A stretch of DNA of 64,000 nt, from the NCBI GenBank assembly GCA_043753855.1, contig JAYUVX010000034.1:58860-122859 (forward strand), in the 5' to 3' direction. Positions 31,205 through 41,318 of the stretch are shown here, one piece after another. Positions within the stretch are counted from its first letter, which is position 1. The number at the start of each line of letters is the position of its first letter. This stretch comes from Myxococcales bacterium. GTDB taxonomy: Bacteria > Myxococcota_A > Polyangia > Haliangiales > Haliangiaceae. The position numbers were made by a program, and so were the translations under genes. The notes beneath the pieces were generated by a model. The model did no database searches, had not been told where the DNA came from, and saw nothing but the letters and a program-made list of their open reading frames with translations.

Positions 31205-32986
31205 TCAGGCGGTTGTCGCCGGTAGCAGCTGTCGCAGATGCCATGCCTGGGTGACCAGGGCGAGCTGGGCGCGCCGGTTGGTGCGTGCCAGCGAGGACGC
31301 ATGGAAGCCCGCGACCACCACGGTGGCGAGCGTGGCACCGACCACCAGCGCGAACGTGCGGGTCTGCGAGATCACGAGGGCACCGGCATGACTGAACAGG
31401 CCTCCATCGCGCAGCTCCCACGTCATGCTGAGCAGACCGCGGGCTTCGAGCGCTAGCGGGATGATGAAGCTCGCGACCATCAGCAGGATCAGCACCCACG
31501 ATCGCTGGATGAACGCCGGATACGACATCGCTGACATCGTCACCACGCAGGTCAGCGCGGGCACGAAGGTGAAGGATCCCGCCATCCGCCCCAGCAACGC
31601 GAGCAGCACGCCGTTGGCGATCGCGTAGAGCACCATCTCGACGAACGAGCGCTGCGGCTGTTTGCGAATCGCCCACGCCGCGCCCGCCAGTACCAGCGCG
31701 GCGACGAACACGGCGAGCACCTCCGGCCACTTGCGGATCCCGTTCCACGCGGCGAGCGGCAGGAACGATGCGATCGCGAGGTACGCAACGATCGCGGTGC
31801 GCGCGTGCTTGCGCACCCCGTCGAGATCCGCCTCGCGCAAGGCGGCGAGCAGCTGCGGAGGTGGATCTTTGGGCGGCTCGAGCACGAGGGACGAGATCAG
31901 CGCCGCCGCACCATCGAGCTCGGGATCGAGGGCCAGCGCACGCCCTGCCGCGTGCATTGCCTCCGCGCGGTCCGCGCGGTCGTGAGCGCCGCGCGCGCGG
32001 AGCAGCTGCTCTCGCGCGACGTCCTTGCGGCGCGCGAGGTCGCGATCTCCGTCGAGGTAGGCCTGGATCCGCTCGGCGATCTGCCGTGCACTCGGTCGTG
32101 CGCTGCCATCCATCGCGAGCGCGGATGCGCACAACAGGTCGAGCTCGGGAGGGATCGCGAGGTCGGGAAACCGCGCGGCCGGGGACACCACCGTGGTGAC
32201 GCTCAGCGTGCTCGCGATCGCCGCCTGCGACCGCCGCGGATGCACGGGTTGCTTGGTCAAGATCTCGAACAGCAACGAACCGAGCGCATAGACGTCGACC
32301 GGGCGGCCGACCTCGCCCGCGGAGTGCAGCTGTTCGGGGGCGATGTAGCCCGGAGTCCCGAGCAGCTGGCTCGGCTCGCCGGTGCCGTCGAGGCTGTCGA
32401 GATCCGTGGTGACGACCTCGGTGACACCATCGCCGAGCACGCGCGCGAGGCCCCAGTCGAGCACGTAGACCTCGCCAAAATCGCCGAGCATGATGTTCGA
32501 GGGCTTCAGGTCGCGGTGGACCACGCCGCGCATGTGCGCGAACTCGACGGCGAGGCACACCTCCGCGAACGCGCGCAGCAGGCGCTGACTGGTCGGCGGC
32601 TCGGCGGGGAGCTGATCGCGAAGCGTCTGCCCGCTCAGCCGCTTCATCGTGAAGTACGGGCGACCGAGCGGATCCTTGCCGAGCTCGTGGACCGGCACGA
32701 TCGCGGGATGATCGAGCCGTGCCTGGATCCGTGCCTCTCGCACGAACCGGCTGACCTCCGTTGCCGTCGGCTGATCCGCGTTGAGGCGCTTGAGCGCGAC
32801 ATCGCGGCCGATCCGCAGGTCGTGCGCCTTCACCACCTCGCCCATCCCGCCGCGTCCGATCACCTCGCCGAGCACGTACGCGGAGAGCGGCGTCTGCGGG
32901 GGATCGAACGCAGGATCCGCGGCGACGCTGTCCGCTCGCCCGGGCCTGACGACCGTGTAGGGGTCATCGCCATCCGTCACTGCCAT
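31205..32986 (-). CDS. Ser/Thr protein kinase with C-terminal multi-TM domain
   Basis: GRGGMGEVVKA, VALKRL, HRDLKPSNIML, DWGLA, GTPGYIAPEQ, then about 6 TM helices. Start at the internal ATG MAVTDGDDP of ORF 31205..33304. Confidence 0.88.
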   Translation of the reverse strand: MAVTDGDDPYTVVRPGRADSVAADPAFDPPQTPLSAYVLGEVIGRGGMGEVVKAHDLRIGRDVALKRLNADQPTATEVSRFVREARIQARLDHPAIVPVHELGKDPLGRPYFTMKRLSGQTLRDQLPAEPPTSQRLLRAFAEVCLAVEFAHMRGVVHRDLKPSNIMLGDFGEVYVLDWGLARVLGDGVTEVVTTDLDSLDGTGEPSQLLGTPGYIAPEQLHSAGEVGRPVDVYALGSLLFEILTKQPVHPRRSQAAIASTLSVTTVVSPAARFPDLAIPPELDLLCASALAMDGSARPSARQIAERIQAYLDGDRDLARRKDVAREQLLRARGAHDRADRAEAMHAAGRALALDPELDGAAALISSLVLEPPKDPPPQLLAALREADLDGVRKHARTAIVAYLAIASFLPLAAWNGIRKWPEVLAVFVAALVLAGAAWAIRKQPQRSFVEMVLYAIANGVLLALLGRMAGSFTFVPALTCVVTMSAMSYPAFIQRSWVLILLMVASFIIPLALEARGLLSMTWELRDGGLFSHAGALVISQTRTFALVVGATLATVVVAGFHASSLARTNRRAQLALVTQAWHLRQLLPATTA

Positions 32987-33182
32987 CCCGATATCGTACG
33001 GGAATCCGGGGCTTCGCGATCCGGCGGACTGGTATCTGATCGGACGGATCCAGGAGCAGCTCGGGTTTCGCGACGACGCGATCGCTGCGTACAAGCGCGT
33101 GAAGCCGACGCCCGATCGCACCTTTCCGACCGCCGGTGGATTCGCGATGCGTCGGCTGAAGCTGCTCGGCGTCGCCAGATAG
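32961..33182 (+). pseudogene. Start-less C-terminal fragment of a TPR-like protein
   Basis: Hand translation: ..GNPGLRDPADWYLIGRIQEQLGFRDDAIAAYKRVKPTPDRTFPTAGGFAMRRLKLLGVAR*. Bounded upstream by TAG 32958-32960 with no start codon before the motif. Confidence 0.4.
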
Positions 33183-33207
33183 TGATAGATAGTGCTACCA
33201 CCCGTCC

Positions 33208-33777
33208 GTGGCGCCGCCGCTCGTCCAGAAGTCGGTCTCGATTCCTCTGACGTCCGATGGAACGGCGCGGATCGTGGCGGTGGCGGACAGCCACTCGCAG
33301 CCACACGCGCGCACGGTGGAGCATCTGAAGGCGCTCGCGCCCGATGCGATCCTGCACGCCGGTGACATCGGCGATCTTGCCGTGCTCGAGGAGCTGCGCG
33401 CGATCGCTCCGCTCCACGCCGTGCGCGGCAACATCGATACGCGCGCGAACGAGCTGCCGGATGTCCTCACGCTCGAGCTCTCCGGCGGTGGCCGTATGCT
33501 GCGCATGCTGATGACGCACATCGCGGTGTACGGACCGAAGATCCGCGCCGATGTCGCGAAGCTCGCGCGAGCCGCGCAGGCATCGCTGATCGTATGTGGC
33601 CACTCGCATGTGCCGTTCATCGGCCAGGACCGCGGCCTGACGGTGTTCAATCCCGGATCGATCGGGCCCCGGAGATTTCACCTTCCGATCGTGTTCGGCA
33701 CCATCCACATCACCTCCACCGGTGTACGGCTCGCTCACGTCGACTGCGAGACCGGCGCCGCGTGGTCTCCGCCCTGA
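33208..33777 (+). CDS. YfcE/MJ0936-type metallophosphoesterase
   Basis: [32 protein letters not shown] are the calcineurin-like phosphoesterase motif series. Confidence 0.85.
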   Translation: MAPPLVQKSVSIPLTSDGTARIVAVADSHSQPHARTVEHLKALAPDAILHAGDIGDLAVLEELRAIAPLHAVRGNIDTRANELPDVLTLELSGGGRMLRMLMTHIAVYGPKIRADVAKLARAAQASLIVCGHSHVPFIGQDRGLTVFNPGSIGPRRFHLPIVFGTIHITSTGVRLAHVDCETGAAWSPP

Positions 33778-33832
33778 GCGAGGCCCGCATTTTGGCCCTT
33801 GCTCCGGACGTGAGGATGCTTACGTCTGGGAT

Positions 33833-34336
33833 GTGACGGACGACGAATCATTTCCGATTCCCGACGAGGGCGTCGCCTCTGCCGAGGCGCAACCCGATCG
33901 AGCCGCCGCGCTCCGAGCGCTTCGTAGTCTCGAGGCCGCGGAGGCGCGCGTTCAGAAAAATGCGCAGCGCGAGACCGACGAGGCCAAGGGCAAGCTCGTC
34001 ACGGAGCTGTTGCCCGTGCTCGATAACCTCGAGCGCACGATCCATGCGCTGAGCTCGCGTTCGGATCCATCGCTGCTCGAGGGCGTGCGGATGGTCCGTG
34101 GCCAGCTCGAGGGCGTGCTGCTGCGGTACGGCGTCGAGCGGATCGACGCCACCGGGCAGCGCTTCGATCCGGCCATCCACGAGGCGATCGGGATGGCGCC
34201 GGTCACCGATCCGCGGACCCACGGCTACGTCGTGCAGCAGCACGAGACTGGCTATCAGTACGCGGGACGGCTGCTGCGCCCGGCCAAGGTGCTGGTCGGC
34301 AAGTACACGCAGCCGCCGCGCTCGCTCTGGCAGTGA
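33833..34336 (+). CDS. grpE: Nucleotide exchange factor GrpE
   Basis: ELLPVLDNLERT, GVRMV..QL, GQRFDPAIHEAI and the C-terminal beta domain. Start uncertain: in-frame GTG 33833, or ATG 33722 which overlaps the upstream gene. Confidence 0.85.
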   Translation: MTDDESFPIPDEGVASAEAQPDRAAALRALRSLEAAEARVQKNAQRETDEAKGKLVTELLPVLDNLERTIHALSSRSDPSLLEGVRMVRGQLEGVLLRYGVERIDATGQRFDPAIHEAIGMAPVTDPRTHGYVVQQHETGYQYAGRLLRPAKVLVGKYTQPPRSLWQ

Positions 34337-34996
34337 TCACCGCGGGGCGCCGAGCAGCAGCCGGTTCTTCGGCGTGATCTCCGGATCGATGGTCTGCGCG
34401 AGCACGTCGTAGCCCGCGGCGATCAGGCGCTGTGCGCGCGCGACATCCACGCCGAGCGGCCCATCGAGCCACGCGTCCAGTGGTGCTCGCGAGACCTCGT
34501 GGCAGCACGGAAGCACTGCCACGCGAGCACGAGCGGCGAGCGCTGCAGCCAGCACGTCGTCGGTCAGCGATCCGCAGGCGTGAACCGAGACCACGAGGTC
34601 GCCACGGGCGAGGGCGACGTCGGCGAGTCGTACGCGCTGGAACGTGACCCGGCCGTCGAGGCGTGGCCAGGTCGTGACGAGCTCGGCGGCGAGCTTGGCG
34701 GCACTGTCGGGGATCGCGGGATCGATCGCGATCGCCGCAGCCGAGCTGTCATCGAGCAGCAGCAGGAGGTGAGCGACCAGGCCGTGTCCGCACGCGACGT
34801 CGATCACGCGTCCGCCGCGGTAGCGACGGCGAGCGCGGCGCGCGACCTCCCACGCCTCGTAGAGCTCCTTGCGCGGCAGGCACTCGGCGCGGCAGACCGC
34901 ACGCGCGATGCGATCGAACAGCGACTCGCTCGGGAACCGCGGCAGATCGCGCGGGGTCAGGCGATTGCGGCTGCCCGGCGAGAACGTGCGCGTCAC
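34337..34996 (-). CDS. SAM-dependent methyltransferase-like protein
   Basis: Motif I-like VIDVACGHGLVAHLL and a later VSVHACGSLTD. 219 aa. Its stop abuts the grpE stop. Confidence 0.6.
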   Translation of the reverse strand: MTRTFSPGSRNRLTPRDLPRFPSESLFDRIARAVCRAECLPRKELYEAWEVARRARRRYRGGRVIDVACGHGLVAHLLLLLDDSSAAAIAIDPAIPDSAAKLAAELVTTWPRLDGRVTFQRVRLADVALARGDLVVSVHACGSLTDDVLAAALAARARVAVLPCCHEVSRAPLDAWLDGPLGVDVARAQRLIAAGYDVLAQTIDPEITPKNRLLLGAPR

Positions 34997-35034
34997 GGAC
35001 TCCGTGTTACATGCTCGCGGCAGTGCCGACCACG

Positions 35035-35319
35035 CTAGCTGCCGTTGCGACGGTGGCTGAGGCCCTGCAGGCGATCACTCGAGCGGGGCCGACCGACGAC
35101 ATCCCGGCCTCCCTTGTTGACGATCAACACGGCGGGCCTGGGCGCCGTCTCCTTGACGAGCACCGGCGCGGCGAGCTCGCAGACGACCTTGCGATCGAGA
35201 CCGCGGCCCACGATCACCCGCTTGCATCCGCTCGCTCGCGCGGTGGTGGCTTCGGGCTTGGGATCCGCCGAGGCAACACCGGCAGCAGTGACCAGGGCGA
35301 GGGTGAGGAGCGTCCGCAT
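35035..35319 (-). CDS. Small secreted hypothetical protein
   Basis: Signal peptide MRTLLTLALVTAAGVASA/DP. High GC3. Confidence 0.45.
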   Translation of the reverse strand: MRTLLTLALVTAAGVASADPKPEATTARASGCKRVIVGRGLDRKVVCELAAPVLVKETAPRPAVLIVNKGGRDVVGRPRSSDRLQGLSHRRNGS

Positions 35320-35435
35320 CCCGCGAGTATGCGCGAGGCCGCCTTCGATGCCCAAGAAACAGCCAGGTCGGTCCGTTGCCAGCCGCCTTGCTGGGGATCA
35401 CAGCCTCCGCGATCCGCTGTCCAGACCCGCCGGAG

Positions 35436-36176
35436 ATGGTGTACGCACGGTGGGTGCTGCTCCGGATCCTCGGGCTCCTCGCGCTGCTCGGGGCGGGTTG
35501 CCACGACGCGGACTGGTTGATGTACGGCTGGGACGACCGGCGGGTGCTGTGCAGCGACTCCGTGGATAACCTGCACGGCGGCGTCGATCGGAGCTTTATC
35601 GAACAGGCGTTCACCCACGCCGAGCACGAGAACCAGGTCGCGCTGTTTCACGCGCACGCTCCGGGCAAGACGGTCACTCGCGAGATGGTGAACTGGATGT
35701 TCGACACCGCCGAGGCTCACCACCTCGAGTTCATCCGGTACGACGAGCTCGATCGGGACCATGCGCCGCGCGCCGGGTTCGCGTTCGCGTTCGATGACGC
35801 GGACGTCGAGAGCTGGCTGTCGGTGCGCGATGTGTTCGCGGCTCACGGCGCCCGGGTCACGTTCTTCGTCACCCGGTTCTACCAGCTCGGCCCGGAGCTG
35901 AGGTCCGAGCTGGCGGAGCTCGCCGCAGACGGCCATGACATCGAGGCGCACACCGTGGACCATCTGCACTCCGGGGCCTACGTTGCGGACCACGGGCTCG
36001 ATGCCTACATCGCCGACGAGGTCCAGCCCTCGATCGACGTGCTGCGGACCGCCGGCTACGCGCCGACCTCGTTCGCGTTTCCGTTCGGCGAAGCGTCGGA
36101 GACCACGGCGAACCGCGTGCTCGCGCTCGACGGGATCGGGCGGGTCCGGGTCTCGCCGGGCTCGTGTCCGTACTGA
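35436..36176 (+). CDS. Polysaccharide deacetylase (NodB-homology) family lipoprotein
   Basis: Lipobox LLALLGAGC. FAFDDADVESW, GARVTFFV, HTVDH, FAFPFGE are NodB-type motifs. Confidence 0.7.
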   Translation: MVYARWVLLRILGLLALLGAGCHDADWLMYGWDDRRVLCSDSVDNLHGGVDRSFIEQAFTHAEHENQVALFHAHAPGKTVTREMVNWMFDTAEAHHLEFIRYDELDRDHAPRAGFAFAFDDADVESWLSVRDVFAAHGARVTFFVTRFYQLGPELRSELAELAADGHDIEAHTVDHLHSGAYVADHGLDAYIADEVQPSIDVLRTAGYAPTSFAFPFGEASETTANRVLALDGIGRVRVSPGSCPY

Positions 36177-36740
36177 CTACCGCTGATACGTACCGATCAG
36201 CACGCCGCACCCGATCACGTGACCGCGCATCGCGCTGATCAAGCCCGTGCGACCGGGATGGCCCGCGAACTCGTGCTCGTGATCGAGCGCGAACAGCTGG
36301 AACGCATAGCGATGCGGCCCGTGTCCCGGCGGCGGATCCGGAGGCAGCCAGCGGGTCTGGAAGTAAGAATTCACCCCGAGGATCCGCTGGTCGCCGTGGG
36401 GACCCAGCTCGCCTTCGACGAGCTCGTCGAGCACGGGTGGCAGGTCGAACACGAGCGCGTGGACGAGCGGCTGGAGGGTCGGGCTGTCCGCATCCTCGAC
36501 GATCAACGCTACCGACCGCGCTCCATCCGGAACACCCCACCAGCGGAGCGGGGGCGAGATGCCCTCGCCATCCGCGGTGTAGCGCATCGGAATCGGACGC
36601 CCGTGCCCGAACGCGTCGCTCTCCAGCTTCATCACCGAAGGCGCCACCGAGACCCTGCGGTTCTCGCTGACGATTCGTGCGAGCCCAGGACGGACGCCTC
36701 GCAGCGAGCGCCCGACAAAGGCGGGGAGTTTTTCCAGCAT
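36177..36740 (-). CDS. YbhB/YbcL (PEBP/Raf-kinase-inhibitor-like) family protein
   Basis: SPPLRWWGVP, ALIVEDADSP, GHGPHRYAFQLFALD are diagnostic bacterial PEBP motifs. Confidence 0.85.
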   Translation of the reverse strand: MLEKLPAFVGRSLRGVRPGLARIVSENRRVSVAPSVMKLESDAFGHGRPIPMRYTADGEGISPPLRWWGVPDGARSVALIVEDADSPTLQPLVHALVFDLPPVLDELVEGELGPHGDQRILGVNSYFQTRWLPPDPPPGHGPHRYAFQLFALDHEHEFAGHPGRTGLISAMRGHVIGCGVLIGTYQR

Positions 36741-36838
36741 GATCGATTGATGCCGCCGGGCGCCGGGGCCGCAACGATCATGAGCGGGACATCACCCGTG
36801 CGCCGACGCGCGCCGTGTAGCGGCTCGCCGGGCGTGCC

Positions 36839-37327
36839 TCAGGCCTCGCCGGTGCGTACGAAGCGCGCGGCGGTGGTCGCCGTCAGCTTGAACGCCGGGC
36901 TCGTGCGCCCGGTGCGGATCAGCTCGCTGGTCCGCTCGTCGTAGGCCGCGACGATCGCGTGCGGGTCGTCGTCGTCGGGAACGATGTCGAGGTCGATGCG
37001 GATCCGCTGGCCATCCTCGCCCGCGTACGAGAACGTCGAGTGCAGGCGTGCGCGGGCCGACTGCTCGTGGCGGCGCAGCACCTCGGTGGTGGTCTTCACC
37101 AGTGTATGGAACGCCGCGTGATCGAGCGGCTTGGGATTCCTCTTGTCGCGGCCCATCGTCCACGGCGAGACCAGCGCGGGTTCGGAGTCCCCCTTGCGGG
37201 TCATCTCCACCGCCCAGCCATCGTCATCCTCGTTCTTGATGATGCGGGCGATCCAGCCGTCCTTCTTCCAGAGCCGGGGATCGGAGATCTCGTCGGTGGG
37301 CGCATCGATCATCGGCGGAGCATGCAC
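36839..37327 (-). CDS. Hypothetical protein
   Basis: 162-aa high-GC3 ORF with balanced composition. No family recognised. Confidence 0.5.
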   Translation of the reverse strand: MHAPPMIDAPTDEISDPRLWKKDGWIARIIKNEDDDGWAVEMTRKGDSEPALVSPWTMGRDKRNPKPLDHAAFHTLVKTTTEVLRRHEQSARARLHSTFSYAGEDGQRIRIDLDIVPDDDDPHAIVAAYDERTSELIRTGRTSPAFKLTATTAARFVRTGEA

Positions 37328-37399
37328 TCCCCGCCTGACATCCGCGCCCGGTAGCGCTGTGCCGGTCGTGAGGGCGCGCAGCCTGGTATGGTGCTGCCG

Positions 37400-38293
37400 A
37401 TGGCCGAGTCGTTATACGACCTCCTAGGCGTAAAGCAGGGCGCCGCGAGCGGCGAGATCCGCAAGGCGTATCGCAAGCTCGCGCGCAAGCATCATCCCGA
37501 CGTCAACCCCGACAACGCGGCGTCCGAGGATGCGTTCAAGAAGATCTCGAGCGCCTACGAGGTGCTCTCGGATGACAAGCGGCGGGCGGCGTACGACGAG
37601 TTTGGCGAGGAGTCCCTGCAGGGCGGATTCGATGCGGCGAAGGCGCGCGACTACAAGCAGTGGCAGGGCCGGCGACAGCAGCGCAGCAGCCGGTTCGAGG
37701 ACGCGCAGGGACCGATCGACTTCGACTTCGGTGAGATGTTCGGGCGTCGCCGCGGGCCGCAGCGAGGTGGCGACATGCAGGCCACAGTACAGATCGATCT
37801 GCGCCAGGCGATCGAGGGCGCCGAGTTCGCCGCCGAGATCCCGGGCCAGGGCACGGTGCGCGTGCGGTTGCCGAAGGGCGCCGACACCGGCTCGACGATG
37901 CGGATCCCCGGCAAGGGCGGCCCCGGCATCCAAGGTGGGCCACCCGGCGACCTCGTGATCACCACCGAGCTGCGCCCGCATCCGCACCTGCGGCGCGACG
38001 GGCTCGATCTGCACCTCACGCTGCCGGTCACGATCGACGAGGCGTACAACGGTGCGAGCATCGAGGTGCCGACGTTCGAAGGTCCGGTCACGCTCAAGAT
38101 CCCGGCGAACACGCAGAACCACGCGAAGCTGCGGATGCGCGGCAAGGGCGTTCCGCGCAAGGACACGCGCGGCGATCTGATCGTGGAGGTCGAGGTGCGG
38201 ATGCCCGACCGCCACGACGATGCGCTCGCCGAGGCCTTGCGCGCGTCCGCTGCGCTCTACTCGAGACCCGTGCGCGAGGAGCTCCGGCTATGA
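37400..38293 (+). CDS. cbpA: DnaJ-class co-chaperone lacking the zinc finger (CbpA-like)
   Basis: J domain [23 protein letters not shown], a G/F-poor linker, then two DnaJ C-terminal beta domains. No CXXCXGXG repeats. Confidence 0.85.
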   Translation: MAESLYDLLGVKQGAASGEIRKAYRKLARKHHPDVNPDNAASEDAFKKISSAYEVLSDDKRRAAYDEFGEESLQGGFDAAKARDYKQWQGRRQQRSSRFEDAQGPIDFDFGEMFGRRRGPQRGGDMQATVQIDLRQAIEGAEFAAEIPGQGTVRVRLPKGADTGSTMRIPGKGGPGIQGGPPGDLVITTELRPHPHLRRDGLDLHLTLPVTIDEAYNGASIEVPTFEGPVTLKIPANTQNHAKLRMRGKGVPRKDTRGDLIVEVEVRMPDRHDDALAEALRASAALYSRPVREELRL

Positions 38294-38562
38294 GCACGAC
38301 GCGGTTCACCTACCAGCACCTCGTCGAGCTCGTCGACGGGGACGACGAGCTGATCGTGAGACTCGTCGAGGAAGGACTGATCGAACACGGCGAGAGCGAC
38401 ATGGTGCGCGTCGATCTCGATCTCGTGCTCGCCGCGCGCACGCTGTGGCGCGATCTCGACGTCGAATGGCCGGGGATCGAGGTGATCCTGCGGCTGCGCA
38501 ACGAGCTGGCGCTGGCGCGGCGGCGGATCGCGGAGCTCGAGCAGCAGCTCGGCGAGCGCTGA
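38290..38562 (+). CDS. cbpM: Chaperone-modulatory protein CbpM-like (MerR-type fold)
   Basis: 90 aa, start overlaps the cbpA stop (ATGA). The pattern ..LVEEGLIE.. plus a C-terminal coiled coil is as in CbpM. Confidence 0.7.
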   Translation: MSTTRFTYQHLVELVDGDDELIVRLVEEGLIEHGESDMVRVDLDLVLAARTLWRDLDVEWPGIEVILRLRNELALARRRIAELEQQLGER

Positions 38563-38597
38563 GTCACTGCGCCGGGGGCACCCCTTCCGACGATGCC

Positions 38598-39536
38598 TCA
38601 ACTCGGGAGCGCGCGGGACTTGCGCACACCATTGACGATCACCAGCGCGAGCAGCACGCCGGCGCCGATGTAGAACCGCGCGTGCAGCGGCTCCTCGGCG
38701 CGGAACAGCACGGCGGCCAGCACCAGCGCGTACACGGGCTCGAGGTTGACGCTGACCGCGACGGTGAACGGAGACAGCGTACGGAGCACGTGGATGATCC
38801 AGACCTGCGGGATCACCGTGCACAACACCGCGAGTACGAGGAGCCAGCCGATGTCGGCCGTCGAGAGCAGCGACGGCGGGACGAACTGCGCGGGCACCAC
38901 CAGGAAGCAGGCCGAGACCGTGAGCCACGCCGCGACCAGCTCGTACAGCATCAGCCGCTCGGGCCGTTCGGGCATGGCATCCCGGTCGGGGCGCGCGAGC
39001 CGGCCGTTGAGCACGCCGAACATCGCGGCGAACAGCGCCGAACCGAGGCCGAGCACGAGACCCAGCGTGTCGCCGCGAAGCTCGGCGTTGATCAGCAGCG
39101 CGACGCCGAGGACAACCACGGCGCCGATCACGAGCTCGCCGAGGTTCAGCGCGCGGCGGAACACCAGCGGCTCGAACATGGCGGTGAAGAACGTCACGGT
39201 GGACAGCGTCAGCACCGCGGTCGCGATGCCGGCCTGCTTGATCGCGCCGTAGAACATCAGCCAGTGGATGCCGATCAGCACGCCGACACCGGCGTAGCGA
39301 ACCACGAGGCGTCCGGGAATCCGCATCGGGATCCCGCGCAGTGGCACCACCGCGGCGAGGACCACGATCACGACGAGCAGCCGGTACCACACCAGTGGGA
39401 TCGCCTGGATCGTGATCTGACGGCCGAGGATCGCGGTGCAGCCCCAGAGCAGCACGATCGCGTGAAGCAGTGCGTGCGCGGCCGGTCGCGAGAGCCCCCG
39501 GTCCGGTCTTGGGCCCGTGGGCGTCACCGCCGCCAA
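38598..39536 (-). CDS. EamA/DMT superfamily transporter
   Basis: 10 TM helices in two EamA repeats. The ATG of ORF 38598..39626 would overlap the upstream gene, so TTG 39536 or GTG 39527 is preferred. Confidence 0.75.
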   Translation of the reverse strand: MAAVTPTGPRPDRGLSRPAAHALLHAIVLLWGCTAILGRQITIQAIPLVWYRLLVVIVVLAAVVPLRGIPMRIPGRLVVRYAGVGVLIGIHWLMFYGAIKQAGIATAVLTLSTVTFFTAMFEPLVFRRALNLGELVIGAVVVLGVALLINAELRGDTLGLVLGLGSALFAAMFGVLNGRLARPDRDAMPERPERLMLYELVAAWLTVSACFLVVPAQFVPPSLLSTADIGWLLVLAVLCTVIPQVWIIHVLRTLSPFTVAVSVNLEPVYALVLAAVLFRAEEPLHARFYIGAGVLLALVIVNGVRKSRALPS

Positions 39537-39547
39537 CCTAGCAGTGT

Positions 39548-40924
39548 TCAGGTCTGCTCGACGAGCTGCGCCGTGATCGACTGGGACGTGCGGCGATACA
39601 CCACCTGCACGTGATCGAGGTACCACGCGATCTCGTCGACGACGCGCAGCAGCTCGGTCCGATTGGCATCCTTCGCCGAGTGCTCGAGCCGGTCACCGAG
39701 GACCGACACGGCGTCGAATCCAAACGTGCCGCCGGAGCCCTTGAGCTTGTGGCCGAACGCCTTGACGGTCGCGAGATCGCCGACGCGCGCGGCCTCGCGA
39801 ACCGGGACGAGCTCGGCCCGGCGATTCTCGAGGAACCGTGGAATGTGCTGGGCCATGTACGGATCGGCGCGGACCACCGGGCAGACCGGCCACGGGCGCC
39901 GGGAGACGACGACCTTGCCGGCAATGTCGGCATCCGAGCACCAGCGATTGCGCCCGCTGTCCTTGGCCCGAAACAGCGCCGCATCAGCGGCGGACACCAG
40001 CGTGGTGGCGGGGCGATCGAGCGAGGGAGCCATCGTGGCAACGCCGGCGCTGATCGTCACGACCGTCGCGCACCGCGAGCGCTCGTGCTCGATCCCGAGC
40101 TCCTCGACCGCGGCTCGCAGCCGCTCGGCGACCGCACACGCACCCGCAGCATCGGTATCCGGAAGCAGCGCGACGAACTCTTCGCCGCCGTACCGCGCCA
40201 GGACGTCCGACGGACGCCGCAGGCAATTGGCCATGGCGGCGGTGACATCCTTCAAGCAGGTGTCGCCACCGAGGTGACTGTAATGCTCGTTGAAGGCGTG
40301 GAAGTCATCGACGTCGACGAGCACCAGCGACAGCGGTGACCCGGGTCGCGAGGCGCGATTCCATTCGCTGCGCAGGAGCTCGTCGAAGTGGCCGCGGTTG
40401 GCAACGCCGGTCAGCGCGTCGATGCAGACCATGCGCTCGAGCTCGCGCGTGGTCTCCTCGAGGCGGTGCGCCTGTGCAGCGAGCTCCGACTCGCGACGGC
40501 TACGGAGCAAGCGCTCGGCCCGCAGGTTGAGCGCCGATCGTGCGCGCGCTCCCAGCTCACCGAGGCGAAATGGCTTGGCGACGTAGTCCTGTGCGCCCGC
40601 CTCGAACGCCACCTGGATCACGGAGTCGTCGCTGCGCGCAGTGATGATGACGACCGGGACCGTCGGCAATAGCTTCGAGAGCTGGCGACAGACCTCGAGC
40701 CCGTCCATGTCCGGGAGCCCGAGATCGAGGAGCACGAGGTCGGGGCCGAGTGCCTGTGCGATCCTGAGGGCTTCGCCGCCCGAGGCGATGAAGCGCACAT
40801 CGTCACACCCCACGTTGTTCAACACATCGCGCACCAGCCCGGACAGCGACGCATCGTCTTCGATCACCAGCGCACGGAACGACGGTGTATCAATCGAGCG
40901 GAGGGGGTTGAGCTGGGCAACCAA
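39548..40924 (-). CDS. Response regulator receiver - GGDEF diguanylate cyclase - HPt fusion protein
   Basis: REC (LVIEDD..LLDLGLPDMDG..KPF), coiled coil, GGDEF (DALTGVANR..RYGGEEF with RxxD-like site), C-terminal HPt (AFGHKLKGSGGTFG). Confidence 0.85.
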   Translation of the reverse strand: MVAQLNPLRSIDTPSFRALVIEDDASLSGLVRDVLNNVGCDDVRFIASGGEALRIAQALGPDLVLLDLGLPDMDGLEVCRQLSKLLPTVPVVIITARSDDSVIQVAFEAGAQDYVAKPFRLGELGARARSALNLRAERLLRSRRESELAAQAHRLEETTRELERMVCIDALTGVANRGHFDELLRSEWNRASRPGSPLSLVLVDVDDFHAFNEHYSHLGGDTCLKDVTAAMANCLRRPSDVLARYGGEEFVALLPDTDAAGACAVAERLRAAVEELGIEHERSRCATVVTISAGVATMAPSLDRPATTLVSAADAALFRAKDSGRNRWCSDADIAGKVVVSRRPWPVCPVVRADPYMAQHIPRFLENRRAELVPVREAARVGDLATVKAFGHKLKGSGGTFGFDAVSVLGDRLEHSAKDANRTELLRVVDEIAWYLDHVQVVYRRTSQSITAQLVEQT

Positions 40925-41054
40925 GGGTGAGTCCGATCCGCTCGCCGGGCGTGTCGCGCTCGGTCCACCACGGACGAGAGGGCGACGGATGCAGGGACAA
41001 GCGACGAATCATTCAGCGCTGCATGCATCGCACCAAGGGACTGCGATCAGAGAT

Positions 41055-41318
41055 TTACGCACGACCGGTCGCCTTGGTCCGCCGCCCGTTCGAGTAGGTG
41101 AACCGAACGCCAGGACCGGCGGGGTCGACCCAGCCCATGGGACCAGCGGCCGGGATAGATGCCCGGTGCCCGGAGTTCATGGTGCCCGACGACACGCGCG
41201 CTGACGAGGTCGGATCACCGCGGCGCGGCTGGACTCGGCGCGCGGGCGCGAGCGTCACCGGCTCGCTGGGCAGTACGAACGCGGTGAGCAGCGTATTCGC
41301 GAGCGAGGGATCGGTCAC
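41055..41318 (-). CDS. Uncertain ORF, possibly the 3' part of a decayed gene
   Basis: High-GC3 frame, GTG start. The same frame stays open upstream to 41570 apart from one TGA (41388-41390), with no canonical start there. The antisense frame shares third positions, so GC3 is not decisive. Confidence 0.25.
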   Translation of the reverse strand: MTDPSLANTLLTAFVLPSEPVTLAPARRVQPRRGDPTSSARVSSGTMNSGHRASIPAAGPMGWVDPAGPGVRFTYSNGRRTKATGRA

